Assembly: GCA_964016885.1 (NCBI GenBank)
Contig: OZ024742.1
Span: 273,234,001 to 273,298,000, forward strand
DNA: 64,000 bases
Reading direction: 5' to 3'
Origin: Eledone cirrhosa
Taxonomy: Eukaryota
The notes beneath the pieces are model-generated. The model was not told the DNA's origin, ran no database searches, and saw only the letters and a list, made by a program, of their open reading frames with translations. The position numbers were made by a program, and so were the translations under genes. Shown here piece after piece: positions 43,356 to 56,377 of the stretch (position 1 is its first letter; every line of letters starts with the position of its first letter).

Positions 43356-44495
43356 ATATACGCCACAGATATAACAGGAGGGACGTCTACCCTCCATAAT
43401 AATGTTGAGGTGGGTACGGTCATCCAGCATGACGCGTTCAGGGATTTGGGCGATACGTTCTGGCCTTATTTGGGTCAGAACTTCAGTGCTCGTTCCACTA
43501 ATCGCGTCGCCGGATGCCTTCCCTATTGATATAAGGTTGTCCTCGTCCAAGTTAAGGAAACCGGTTAGTAACCACCAGTAGTTTATGTTTGGGGTGATGG
43601 TGGTTATCCAAATTCTTTGGGTTTTTTTACCCATGCAGGTTTGAAAAAAGGTGTAATGTGTGGAACGAATTGGCGACACAGATTATTTTTTCGTCGCCAA
43701 TTCGTCTTTCATCAATAACTTTCGTATGAAAATGATATCTCTCATAGCCTCTTTCAGGACCAACTGAATTTCAGCTTGAGATGGTTGTGCTAGTTTTCTT
43801 GTTTTGTTGGCAATTCTACGGAATACAACAGTTCGTAATTCCGTCTGTTTTGTTTAGTTCTGGGGGCGAATTGATGGAAACAGATCCATTTTCCCCAAAA
43901 GATACATATTTTTTTGCTTTTTCAAGCATTTCTTTAGCGTTTTTTATATCCTCAAGCACATAGGTGACTGATATTTTAGTAGTCTGTGCAGATATTTTGT
44001 TTTCATGTTGGTGTTTGAGATGTTTCTCGTTGTTCCGTTTCTCGTAGTTTGAGTTATTTTCATTTTTGTTATCATTCTCATTTGGTCTGTTGGTTTTGTC
44101 ATTGTTAGTGTTTTCGTTGTAATTAATTGGGTTTGCACCCGTATTTACTTGTTTGTCCGGCATATCGCTTTTTACAATGTCTTTTAAAACGTTGACACGG
44201 GAAAGCAAAGCGCTTTGTACCGCTTGCTTCTTTCTCTCTTCTCCCTTAGTGAGCGTGGCGTTTTCGTTCACACGTGCTACAGACATGGCGTCAATGTTTT
44301 ACCATGTGAGTCAGCAAATAATATTTAGAAGTAGTTTTTACCCCCAAAAGGGGTAAAAATACGATGTCCACCCGTCTTCAGACCTAGCCGGGTAGTCAAA
44401 AGACACGAAGACAACACAATAAAGAAACACACACTTACTGTCAATAGGTAAAAATTCAGAAAGGCAGGAGCGGATGTTGTACGCGTCTATACTAT
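43356..44495 (-). mobile_element. 5' part (UTR + ORF1) of a sister Tx1-like LINE, truncated in the zinc knuckle
   Basis: 43320-43679 is paralogous to 48678-49577 (WWLLTGFLNLDED...GKASGDA.SGTS...RPERIAQIPERV.LD...EGR.PSCY.CG). ORF1 ATG is at 44286. Confidence 0.8.
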
Positions 44496-44751
44496 GCGAG
44501 ATAGATAGATAGATAGATATGTTTCTTTTATTTGCCACCAGGGCATCAAAAGTGGGACAAGTACAATGGGGGAGTTTACACAAAAAGGCGTCCTCAATAA
44601 GGAGGAGGCAATAACAAAATATAAAAATAAAATAAAATATAACAGAATAAAATATATAACAAAATCCTCAATAGAGAGGAGGCGCCTTATGCAACTCTTT
44701 TCCTCAGGAGCACAGAGAATGGGTGCTCCCTTGGTCTTTCATCTTCCTCAC

Positions 44752-47700
44752 CTATAGTCTGATGTAGAGAAAAGGCCCACTCACACGGGCCATTCTCGTC
44801 ACTTTCACCCATCTTTCATAAAAACGGCTGGGGTGCGGCACCTCTCTCTCCATCCTGATCCTTCTTCCGAAATGATATCGGAAAAAACGGACCAGCTGTT
44901 GGCCAGAGAGAAAGGTGTCTGACCTCAGTCCTTTCAGACGCGTCCACCATAATACCTCTTTCGCCATGGCTATTACGCACAGAAACACCGCCTCTCCTTC
45001 GTTTTTGAAGAGGGGAGGCGGCTTGATCGTTACAATAGACTCGGTGGTCAACCGGATCGGTCGCACCCTTGACAGCAGTTGTTCGACATAGCCCCACAGA
45101 TCAGCAATGCCCGAGCAGTGTACCAATGCGTGTGCAACGGTTTCCTCGTCGCACACACATCTGGGACAGATCTTTTTAGAGGGGTCCCTACCCGGGCGCC
45201 CGTGTCTGTAGAGCCTTTCTCGAACGGGCAGAGCCATTCTGTAGCACTGCCAGGCCAGGGACCTCTGGAAGTTATCCATGGGTCCCGGGCTGAATGTTCT
45301 ACCGAACAGGTTGGCCAGTTCGTCTTCCTCCTTGCCTAGGGCTTCTCCGAGGGCGTCGTCGCACCTGCTAACCACCAGCCCTCTATAGAATGACGAGGTG
45401 GATTCTCCACTGACAGTTGGGTCCGCCTGCCAGAGAGCTGTGAACGCCTGGGCACACTCGGTGTGCCAGGTGCCCAGTTTTCTCGGTCTTTGCTTGACCC
45501 AGGATTGCAGCTCGGTGAGTGAGACGAGTCTGGGAAAGGTTCGCCTCACAAGCGGGGCCCACACCGGTTGACCGGAGAGGAATACCTGGAGGTGCCGTAG
45601 CCTTAATGCGTGTTTACGTATCATTAGCCACGGCATCCCCAGCCCTCCTTTCGAAGGGTGTTGACAGCAGATGGATCTCCTCACCATAGGAGCCCGCTTC
45701 TTCCAATGGAATTGGAAGAGTGCGCGCTCCATTTTGGCGAGCGTTTCCCTTGGGCAAGGCACAACGGTCAGGCGGTAGTAGACGGCGGACGCTATATAAG
45801 TGTTCGCCACCTCCGCCCGACCTTTCAGGGACAGTTTGCACTCGGCCCACTTCTGGGTCGGTGCAAACACCCCGTTGGTTACCTCACCCCAGTTCTTCTC
45901 CACCTGGAGGTCTGGTCCGAACCGACCCCGAGCAACTTCACCGGGCCCTCCGTCCAGCGCGCGACGACGCCATCGGAGGGCATCTATTTCCCCTCCACGT
46001 GCCGAGTTGCAGACCGATCGACTTGTCCCGGTTCAGCTTAGCCCCTGTAAACCTTTCGTACTCCTCCATTAAGGTGCCGATCGCCCCGATTTCCGAGGCC
46101 GTAGACACCATTACTGTTACGTCGTCGGCGTAGGCCGACACCACTTTCCGCAATCCCGGTTCCAACGGGATGCCCTGCAACAACTCCAACTTCCGCAGCA
46201 GTGGCTCTAGAGTCATTACATACAGAAGGGAGGAGAGAGGGCACCCCTGTCGGATGGACAGCGCGATTTCGAACTACTCCGAGAGGTAGCCGTTCACCTT
46301 GACCCTAGAGCAGATGCGGCTGCTGTGCATGGCATTGATCTAGCCCCTGAAAACGGGTCCGAAGCCTGCCGCCGCTAGCACCACATCCAGGTAACCATGG
46401 TCGACCCTATCGAATGCCTTAGATTGATCCAAGTTGATCAGGGCCCCACCAAAGCCGGGTTCGTTCCCAACCCTCTCTATGATGTATCGCATGAGGTGGA
46501 GGTTGTCGTGGATGGACCTGGACGGGATAGCACATGTCTGCGCATCTCCCACCAGGTTGCCCACGACAAGCGCCAACCTCTTTGCGAGTACCTTGGCCAA
46601 AATCTGTAACTCTGTATTTAGCAGAGTTATGGGCCTGAAATTATTTATATCGTCCTCCTTGTTCTCGTCCTTCCTCACTAGCGTGACTACGCCCTTGGTC
46701 ACAGCACAGGGAATTCTCCCGTTCTGTTGCCAGTTGAGATAGACCGCCTCGAGGAGATCGGGGAACAAGTCCGGCTTACTAGATATAGTTCGTATGGAAG
46801 ACCATCGAGACCCGGGGATTTGCGTTTGCCGCATTGGCTCAGCACGTCCTCTATCTCAGCGGCTGAAATCGGCTCCTCGCAGGACTTCGCCTCCCTGCCC
46901 GAGAGACGCGGCAGGCCGTCGAGGTATGGACCGAAGTCCACATCCCCAACCGACTCCCCGCCCTTTCCGAACAATCCGGCAAAGTGCTTTTGAAAAGCCT
47001 CGCACATCTGCTTAGGTTCAAGGATCACCCGTCCATCCTGGTCTCGCAAAGACCGGATAGTGGATCTGCTCCCTCTTTTGGATTCTGTCACGCGGGCCCA
47101 GCTAACAGCTTTGGTCCCCTCGTTTCCCAGAGCACGTATTTTTCTTCGGACGATGCAGCCTTCGTGTTTCGCGTCGAAGAACTGGCCCAGGGCCGTTCTC
47201 GACGCTAGCACTCTGGCCACGTCGCCGCTTCTAATTGCCTCTTCTACACTATCTACCAACTCCCTTTCCTTCCTATTTCTATTGGAGGCTAACTCCTTAC
47301 TAAATTATATAGAGACTACTCTAATCTCTTTTTTGAGAGATCTCTACCACCTGCTGTTGACGATGGCGCCCGTCAACCGCTCCTTAACTAAAGTGCTAAT
47401 CCGGTCACTGTAAGCCTTACTTGCCGGTAAGGACAAGTTGAGCTTCCAGTAAGCGGGTCCCTGTCTATGAGTTCTGTCAAGGTTGACCATGCAGGTCACT
47501 AACTTGTGGTCTGAATAGCCAACCATGCGCATTTTTGGACAACTTAAAAAGTCCTTATCCTTAATTCTAACTAAGAACCTATCTAGGTACGACATAGATG
47601 ATCCGCTACGATTTGCCCAAGTCCAGGTTGGCGCAGTCGGAAAATCTAGTCGATATCTATCGGCCAGATCAAATCGACCGATTAACCCTTTGAGGCTATT

Positions 47701-48181
47701 ACACCCCTCTCTATCGGGACAGACCCCTACGTAGTCCCAGCGTGCATCTAGGATACCATTCCAGTCCCCCACTAATAGCAAGGAGCGGGACGTCCCTAGA
47801 AAAGTCTCCAGACGATGGAAGAAGTCCGGCCGCATTGACCCGAAAGGGCCGTAGGCGGCTACCAACATAAACGCTCCGCCTTCACCATTGCCAAGATCCA
47901 GAACCACTAGTCGACCTTCCGGGTCCAAATGTACCATCTGTATTGCGAGACCCAGATGTTTTTGCAGCAGAACGACAACCCCACCCCCACTTCCGGGCTG
48001 ACAGAGAGATGCGTGCATCTCAAAGTCATCAAAGGTGGGAGCCTCGCGCGTTGCTGATCCGGGCATCTCAAATAACCATCACATCTATACGTTGTAACCT
48101 GAGGCCATTTAGAAGCATTGCTTGCTTCCAAGTTGAGCCCAGGCCACGCGCATTTAAACAGCCTACTCTTAGCATAGCCAT
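44752..48181 (-). pseudogene. Tx1 ORF2: AP endonuclease + RT + Zn finger (several frameshifts/stops)
   Basis: APE motifs MAMLRVGCLNARGL, VGDWNGILD, SYLDRFLV and SDHK. RT motifs KSPGLDGLPYELY, FRPITLLN, LDQSKAFDRVDH, RQGCPLS and AYADDV. C-terminal CPRC...ETVAHALVHC. Confidence 0.92.
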
Positions 48182-48204
48182 GTTGGTGGTGAAGAGAAAA
48201 GGCA

Positions 48205-49577
48205 CTTACCTCTCTGCGTCCCGGGTATCGGGCTGCACAATTTCAATTAGGGTGGGGGATGGGTTGTTGGGTGGGGTGGTGGTTTGTGGAAGTGTAGGGG
48301 CATCAGTGTGTTGTGTGGTTGGGGTGTTTGGAGCTGTGTGGGTGTTTGGGGAGGGGTGGGGTAGTTTTTTAGAAGGACGCGGTTAATGGGCCCGACGCAG
48401 GGGGGACCCACGTCCTCTTTAAAGTTGTTTTTTAAAGTTTTTTAAGTATCCTGTAGGGCCTTAATCATTTTGAGGTGGGGGAAATCCCCTGCCTGGGTGA
48501 AGTTAGGCCCTTGGGTTTTTATTGTATTGTTGTTGTACACAATGTTTAACAGTTTTTTGTTTCTTGTGTTTATGTATGTGTATGCATGTTTTTGTTTTTG
48601 TGTGGTGTTGTTTATTTGCTGTTGTTGTGAGCTCTTTTGTGTTGGTGTCAGTGTTATGTTTTTGGGAGGGGTTGTTTTCATTTGTGTGTCTGAGGTGTGT
48701 TGTCTTTTTTTTCTTTTGATTGTGTGGAAGTGCTCCTCCTCGTCTGACGCGAACTAGGGTCATCTTCCGCGTTGGAGGGGAGGGGTATATTTTCGGGTTG
48801 TGTTTGCGGTGCGGGTGTTTTGGAAATTGTTTTCTTTTTAGTGGGGAGGATGGGTTGGACATTGTTTTGTTTTGGTTTGAGCTGTGGTTGTTGTTTTTGT
48901 AGTGGTAGTTGTGGTGATTGTGTTGGTTGTGCAGTTGTTGGTGGTGTAGGCAGGATTGGGGTTTTCTTATTAAGTTGGGGATAGACAGCCCTCAGGTGAC
49001 CTCTGGTTCCGCAGAGGTAACACGAGGGCAGCCTACCCTCAACGGTAATGTTGATGAAAGTTTGAGCATCCAGTATGACGCGTTCAGGGATCTGGGCGAT
49101 CCTTTCGGGCCTCATTTGAACTACAAGTTCGAGGCTCGTTCCACTGAACGCGTCACCCGATGCCTTTCCCATGGACACCAGCGTGTCATCATCCAGGTTC
49201 AGGAAACCTGTCAAAACCCACCATATGTCCATAATCGGCAGGATGGTGTGGATTTTTATTTTTTGTGTTCTTCTACCCATGTACGTAGGGTAGAAGGTGT
49301 ATGCGGTGGATGTGATTGGTTTGATGGACAGTTTCACTGCTGTGTCCCTGTCCTTCATGAGAATGGATAGACAACCGTAGAATCTATCCTTCTGAATGAA
49401 GGTGATGTCCTTCATGACGTCTTTTAAAACCAGCTCTCTCTCACTCTGTGATGGTTGAGCTGGTTTTTTGCTTTTATTCGAGATTGTCCTAAACATGACA
49501 GTGTTTAGGAGTCTCTGGCTTTTTAGTTCCGGGGGGTGGGAGGGAGTGGATCTTGAATGAACCATTTTCCCCGTCAC
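48205..49577 (-). pseudogene. Tx1 ORF1 (gag-like, CCHC knuckle, low-complexity tail)
   Basis: CYLCGTRGHLRAVYP knuckle with the last Cys lost; P/Q/T/K-rich tail with frameshifts. Confidence 0.75.
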
Positions 49578-49752
49578 TATAGATAGATAGATAGAGAGTG
49601 AGTGAGAGAGATGAAAAACACAGGAGAGTGAGTTTACATTTAAAGGATTTATAAGACCACAAGCGTTAAGAAAATATAAGCTACGAGAGGTTTAGGAGTA
49701 TTATAATTAAAAAGGAAAATTAAAATGAAAAAAACAACTTCATAACTAAATC

Positions 49753-49849
49753 ACACATCTATAGACTCACTAGGAGAATGTTTCACCATCAAATTATGGG
49801 GGGGGGGGAGGGGGCGGGGAATTCAGCCTTACGGATCATCAGCATGTGC
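49753..49849 (-). ncRNA. Hammerhead motif with extended stem II
   Basis: Minus strand reads gcacatg-CTGATGA-t-ccgt...gaatt[polyC]aattt.atgg-t-GAAA-cattc...gagtcta-TA-gatgtgt. Confidence 0.6.
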
Positions 49850-50046
49850 CCAAGCCGATATTTTCCTCACTACTAAGGAGACTAAATATAACTGACCTGT
49901 AGTACGTGTAAATAAAAAGATAATCCGCGCATGAGGCAGTGACTAGTGGTATGAATAGCACAAGAAGCCGCTAGAAATGGCAGCATATACCCATTCAATT
50001 TATAGCGCTCGACAAGTAGAAACGCAAGCAGCTAATATCAAATAAA

Positions 50047-50129
50047 GCACATGCTGAGGATCTATTATGGCTGAATTGGTGCTCTCTAATTTCATGGTGA
50101 AACATTCCCCTTTTGAGTCTTACATGTGT
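50047..50129 (+). ncRNA. Hammerhead motif with extended stem II
   Basis: gcacatg-CTGAGGA-t-ctat...gaattgg tgctct ctaattt.atgg-t-GAAA-cattc ccctttt gagtct-TA-catgtgt. Stem I is 7 bp; stem III is imperfect. Confidence 0.65.
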
Positions 50130-50289
50130 GATTTAGTTATGAGTTTTTTTTTCATTTTAATTTATCCTTTTAATTATAACGTATTTCCTAAACCTAATGT
50201 ATTTCCTAAACTTCACGCTGATGGTCTTATAAATCCTGCAAATGAAAACACGCTCCTGCGTTTTTCCTCTCTATATGTAATTTTGAATT

Positions 50290-52165
50290 GTCCAGGAAAA
50301 CCTTTGAGCTCATTAAATTATAGGGTTATCTGGCTATAAAGATGAAATGAAGTTTATGCCTAAAATCCCCTTACCAACTATAAAAAACAACCTAATATTA
50401 TTTCTCAAAATATGGCTATGAACAAACCTAAACATTTCCAGAATAATGGTGCTAGTGTTATTGTGTGTAACAGTGGATTAAATGATGATATACAACCATC
50501 TACAGCTCCTCCCAATAGTAATATAATAAATTTTAAAATAAGAGAAATATTATGAATAAAAAGAATAGGGTACTAACTAAACCTAACATCTGTAATACTT
50601 GATATAAAACAGATTTTAATCATACGAACCCACTCGTTAGTGACAAAATTATAAAGAATAGAAGAAGACTAAATTCATATATCAATCTACCCTTCAATCT
50701 AAATGTTTCAACTAATATACCTTGAGTAATATGTTCTATTATGGAAAAAACAATTCCCAATTTAGAATAAGTATCATAGTTTAATTAATAAGAATACCAT
50801 TAGAATATTTTTATTCGAATACACTTAACATTGCTAATCATATAGCGAGTAAAGTAAGAAAATTAGTAAATATTTTTCTTCAGGTAACAGATAGTAATGC
50901 ACAACCTGATGTGATTAGCAATGCTACGCCTAGTTTTTGTACAAACCAATCTCATAATACAGTAGCTTCTAATACTTATAGGAATAATAATAGTAATTAT
51001 AGCACTCGAATTAATAATGACCCTGTACACCTGGATCCTCAAAACAGCTTTATTCAATAGATATAATAGTAATTGTAGGCCTAATACTGTATGCCCTCTT
51101 AAAGGAAACTGCCTTGTTAAGAATATTGTTTATTCCTGCACTCTCATAACTTCTACCAACTTCAAAACCTATGTCGGTTCTACAGCGACTAGTTTCAAGA
51201 CGAGGTATAATTCCATCTTCACAATTTTAAGAACTATATGCTTAAACACGCAACCTCGTTGTCAAATTTAGCATAATTTCTGTCGTCTAATAATACACCT
51301 TACACCCTCGCTTGGAATGTGATCGGAAAAGCTTCAATAATTTGTAACTGCTTTAAAACATATTCAGGAATTACCTCCCTTTCATCCCATTTCCTCCATC
51401 AACCGTTATTTGATATATTTAAAAACCTCTATGTTAAGATAGTGTCGTTTATAATTAATATATGACTTTCTCCATCCTATTATCATATGTGCAACCTTTT
51501 GCAGATGATAGTTACTACTATATGGGACCTTATTTTGCTAGTGATTCTCTCTATATTAATATTTTCGATTGTTTTGATCATCTTTTGAAAACAACGAAAC
51601 TTTAGCATTTTAACGTCTATTTCACTGTCTGCACCCGGCGGATATTATTACATTTGAAGTATAACAGACTATCTAGCTACTTAGGACTGTAAAATGGAGC
51701 AGAACTCTTTATTATAAATATACTAAAAAAATGTACCTTGAAGATGTATATTTACATTTATAATTTTTGAGTGTATATTTGATCCATGCCATAGCTTTAA
51801 AAGACTGTTGTAATGCTTATGTTGCATGTAAATTTGTCAATGTATGATATGCCTATATGATGCTTAAATTCCTTATAGTAGATTTTTTTCTTTTTCTTAT
51901 ACCACCTTCCTTTTAAGTCTTTTAATGTCTCTAACTGGCGATTCTTAATCATATTGATATGATCATGCTTTTAATCTGCTCTCTTATATCAACGTTAATA
52001 TTTATTGTTTTGTTTTCTTCCCATATGCGGTATCACCAGAATGCTCTTTGACAAAGTTATCTCTATTCTAACTTTTGATTCATACACCGATTATTCAGGC
52101 CTTGCGCTTGGATGAAACGATCGTTAGTAATTAAATGTTATTAAACACGCTGATTGTTATTTATA

Positions 52166-52168
<3 letters not shown>
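50290..52168 (+). mobile_element. Old Naiad-like PLE 3' remnant related to 7744-11676
   Basis: NRRRLNSYINLPFNLNVSTNIP and CRPNTVCPLKGNCLVKNIVYSC...TYVGSTATSFKTRYN. Ends in an HHR and (TA)n. Confidence 0.8.
52083..52129 (+). ncRNA. Degenerate minimal hammerhead (U4C, G8>U)
   Basis: taca-CCGATTA-t-tcaggc cttgc gcttgg-at-GAAA-cgatcg-TT-agta. Palindromic AACGATCGTT stem III. Confidence 0.62.
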
Positions 52169-52202
<34 letters not shown>

Positions 52203-52227
52203 AATGTTACAAATAAAAAATATTAAT

Positions 52228-52593
52228 CTTCTCCATCTCCGTCGCCCGCTTAACGTGAGAGGGTTCTACAACACTCTTTTAAGCGGGTTCTGTCAGAGGC
52301 AAGCAACTCCAACTGATCGGGCTAGACCCCCAAGCGTGACCAGCCAAGCTCGTGTAGGTTATTCAACCATCTTCTTTGGGGCCTACCCTTCTGTCTCTTG
52401 AGGGTTGGATTTTCCCGCAAAATCTGTCCACCGAATATTTCCCGATACATTCCACCCACATTACCATACTATCGGAGATGTGAAATCTCAATTTCGGAGA
52501 AGCAGCGTCTCTTACTGGAATGACTCTCTGAACTTCTCTAATATTCAAAAATATCAATTTAGAATATACCAAAATTACACACCTGTTTGACAT
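52228..52593 (-). mobile_element. RTE-clade LINE 3' end fragment
   Basis: Minus strand translates to ...RRWLNNLHELGWSRLGV*PDQLELLASDRTR, resembling the RTE C-terminus after GRP..RW. Confidence 0.6.
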
Positions 52594-54649
52594 ACTAGAT
52601 ATCGAGTGACTATTATAGGTGGACAGTTTGCTCTTGTTAATGGTTTCTTTTTCTGTTCGGTGACAAATGGCAATGCAAATTTACATTTGAAGATAAATAT
52701 GCCTTCTGTGTTTCTTCTAAATAAAATTCAAATTCATTATATCATATATTTAAATTACATGTAAATATCTACGATAAAGACCTAAAAGTTACGAAAAAAA
52801 TAAATTGACACCAGCAGATAAATGACAATTTGTGTTTGCGTCTGAAAACAATCACATATTACTTTTAATTACGTTTAAAATTAGTTTGTCTTGTTAATAT
52901 AATTATAGCCATATTATAAACTGATAATGAAAACAAAACTATATAAATGAAATATAATTATCAAAATTAAACGTTTTCTATCGGTACAAAGCAAAGTTTT
53001 CAAATGTCAAAGTTAAACCTCAAGGGACATTAGATATTTTTTCTAATACTATAAGCACCAAATAGGAAAATGTTTTCCTTAAACATCATCGAAAATTGCA
53101 CCGAAAGAGAGCACTCATTTACTTGAACCGAGAAATATACTTGTCCAAATCTAAAAGTCAGCACATTCTCCCCCAAATAACACTATCTTATCTTTTAAAT
53201 GTGTGAGAACATGACATGGCAGATCCGGTTACGACGTTTCACTAATATAACCTCTTGTGCTTCACATACTCATCTATCCACATATGAACTGCATACATTC
53301 ACGTTTTCGTCATAGTCCATAATGTGTATACATTTCAGTCACGTAATAATCACTTCACTGATTCGTCAAAACTCTGAGTATCATCCATCGTACACGGATG
53401 ATAGTTGATCAATAATGGCGGCAATTGCAACAAATTCCATTTAAAACATTGATGAAATATTCAAACAAATATAATAAACATATAATAACACTTTAAGAAT
53501 GACATTTGTTAGCCATCAAAAGAAATGTTGGGATAATTGAAAAAAGTATATCTTAAGACAGCAAAGGAAAATACATTTACACAGTGACCTCCGTTATTAT
53601 AAATAGAAAATATCTAGCCAAAATTAATACCTGTGAACCTACATCATTTTAACAATTTCACAATGTTGATTGTCGTATCAACGTTGGTTTTGATTCAACT
53701 TAAAAATTGAGAATGTGAAACCAAATGCTCTAAATACTTGCGATTACTATTTTTACTAACCCAAAAACAAATGCAGCACAAACAAAATAATTAGATTTTG
53801 ACAAAACGTAATTCCCAAAATAGCTGTGTAAATCATTTTGTTTATTTCTAAAGGAGATTGAAGAGTGCAATTGATTTGATTACTTAACAATGGCTTTTGT
53901 GTTTCTTTAAAACGCGACCTGTTATTGTTCAGAAATTTTCTTTTTTTTGCATTCGATGTTGATATTATTTCGAGGCTAATATTGTTATTAAAATGGATAG
54001 AATTGCACCATCCTTTTGATTCAGCTGTTATCATAAGTTTATTCGTTAACTATTTACATTTATGTCTGCTGAAGTAAACATGCCATTCGTTTTCTGTATA
54101 TACATGTACTTAGTGGTTCCTATATATACATGCACTTGGTGGCTTGTTAACATTGAGCATCCTGCACTTGATGGGTATTAAAGAAAAAAATGAAACAAAA
54201 CAAATACAAATTAGAATAATGAGTGATAGAACATTCTGAAATAATATTTCAAATACAGCCCACACATAATTTATACAGACTCAATGTAACATTTCGCCTG
54301 AACTATTTTGTATACGGTGATTTTCGATTTAATTTTTGTGTTCACAAATTATGTCTAATCCACATCTGAAAAAAGTACAAATGAAAGTATTCACATATAA
54401 ATCATAGAAAATACAAATCTTAATTCAATTTGTATCTATATATTAACTTGTGAGAATATAAATTATTGTTATTTCAAGTAAAACGTTCCGAGTATGACGA
54501 GGGTATTTGCTTCTTCACAGGTTCATTTTATTTGATTCGATAATTCCATTTTTCTTAAATTTTAGTGTTTAATTCCATCATAACAAATGTGCAGGTATCT
54601 ATGTATGAGATATAGTTGATTGATAAGCTTCACCCCATTCATGTTGATC

Positions 54650-54718
54650 GAATCGGTCCCGAATATCATCAATTCTTTCTACAGAGAATCGGTCCCGAAT
54701 ATCATCAATTCTTTCTAC
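54650..54718. repeat. 36-bp tandem duplication
   Basis: gaatcggtcccgaatatcatcaattctttctac at 54650 and 54686. Confidence 0.92.
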
Positions 54719-55582
54719 TGATAAGCTTTGGAGGAATTTGTATTCACCCACTTGCATTATTGAATGCCTTCCTAGCAAACACTTTTATGTATAACTCCGT
54801 GCTGGCTTAACAGTACATTTAATGTGTAATGTAGAATACATACATAGAGGGTAGCCAACGTTCTCTGTAAAATAGACATAAACACCTTGTATTTTATGCA
54901 GTATTTTCAAGGAGAGAATATATTGAACAGCCCGACTGGATTCTATTCTTCCTCGTGAATTTATTAGCGAACGAGTACCATTTCAAAAGAGCACGAAGAA
55001 TCTGCATTGAAAGGCAATATTCATAAGATGTTCAATAAATCAGATAAAAAGTGTTACATAGATTAATGAATTATTAGCAGCAATTTCACTCAATATATTA
55101 CTAGTGATGACACAATTAATTGTTAAAGAAACAGAATTATGTCGTCAAATGTGCATGTAGAGACAGATCTAAAAATGTTAATTTAACAATATATTCATAG
55201 GAAAACGACGAGAACATAACATGCGTAATTTCAACAGAACAAGTTGCAAAGTTTAAATTTTGTAAATCGATTGATTAACTGAAATATGTATCAATTAATA
55301 CAAGTCAAAATCAGTTTTAAGAATATTTTTATGTCACTAATGTGATCATATTAAAATGATTGACAGCAATCTATTTGAAATTTCTGCTTCCACCCATAAA
55401 GATATTGCATACAAGTCTTAGCAAGTTACATAATTATCTCCATACAGCTTTGGCTTTAAAATCCTGAGATATAGGCTATAGTACATGGTGTCATAATAAT
55501 ATTAATAATTTTTGGTGGGATTTTTAAGTTAATCACGTCGATTCAGTTATAATTTATGTCTTAATAGAATGATTTACTTTAG

Positions 55583-55697
55583 GCCGGGAACAGCTGGATA
55601 ACATGCTTTATGGTGCTTAGTTACGTTCTGATTTCAAATCACATTGCAACCAACTATACCATTCATCGTTTCACGCTAGATAAAATAAAGTACCTGA
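55583..55697 (+). mobile_element. Highly diverged SINE copy
   Basis: ttctgatttcaaatc...attcatcgtttcacgctagataaaataaagtacc. Confidence 0.5.
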
Positions 55698-56377
55698 TGA
55701 CTATATGGACAAAATAACCAAATAAAAACGTCAAACCTTGTTTATTAAATTTCAAAATTAATAAGGAAATTATAGCGTAGACAATATATTACAATTGATC
55801 ACTCAATTGTAATAATATTTTAGCGGTTCTACCCATTTAATAAGGTCATATCCAAGTCCTAACCTCAACATTATTAATACGTCGTACGACTTCCCAGCTT
55901 TAATTCAACCTCTTCAAAGATCTCCATGTATGTAATCATTAAGTTACGGGACAGAACATTGCTCATTTGACAGGTATACACGCAATCTCAGGTATGTGGA
56001 TACAAACACACAAAAACAAACAGACACACACAAACACTTTCACAAGTGTGTATATGTCTGTATAATCTATTGATATAACTACGTACTAATTATATTATAA
56101 TGCCTATTGTGTGAAGGAATTTTCTCTCTTTTGCTGCTGCTCTGATATAGAACACGTAACATCAATAATCTAATATGGTGAAATAATCGACCATGAAATC
56201 ATTTTGTGGTCAAACAGTATTTATTCAATTTATCTCCATACGACGATTAATTTCCCTAGCAAGAAAACTGCCCTACCGGCGTTTTTCTGCTAGTATATGT
56301 AGTGTGTACATTGATATTATACGCAAATACATATGCATATAGATATGAAACATCAATTGAAAACTAAACTGTCTTCA

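Larger units (their letters stand above)
44518..49578 (-). mobile_element. Tx1 (L1-clade) non-LTR retrotransposon, probably 5'-truncated in ORF1
   Basis: ORF1 + ORF2 + 3' UTR with aataaa. atagatagatagataga lies on both flanks (44501-44517 and 49579-49595). Confidence 0.88.
49605..50272. mobile_element. ORF-less ~670-bp unit with ~230-bp inverted arms, each holding a hammerhead
   Basis: 49605-49849 is the diverged reverse complement of 50047-50272 (e.g. ggatttataagacca/tggtcttataaatcc and cataactaaatcacacat/atgtgtgatttagttatg). Confidence 0.82.

Noticed and set aside
44370-44390. CTGAAGA on the minus strand in the Tx1 sister 5' UTR as a hammerhead
   Set aside because: No stem II or GAAA follows.
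56256-56293. Hairpin ending in CTAGT as a Helitron 3' end
   Set aside because: It is isolated; no matching 5' end or second copy was seen.
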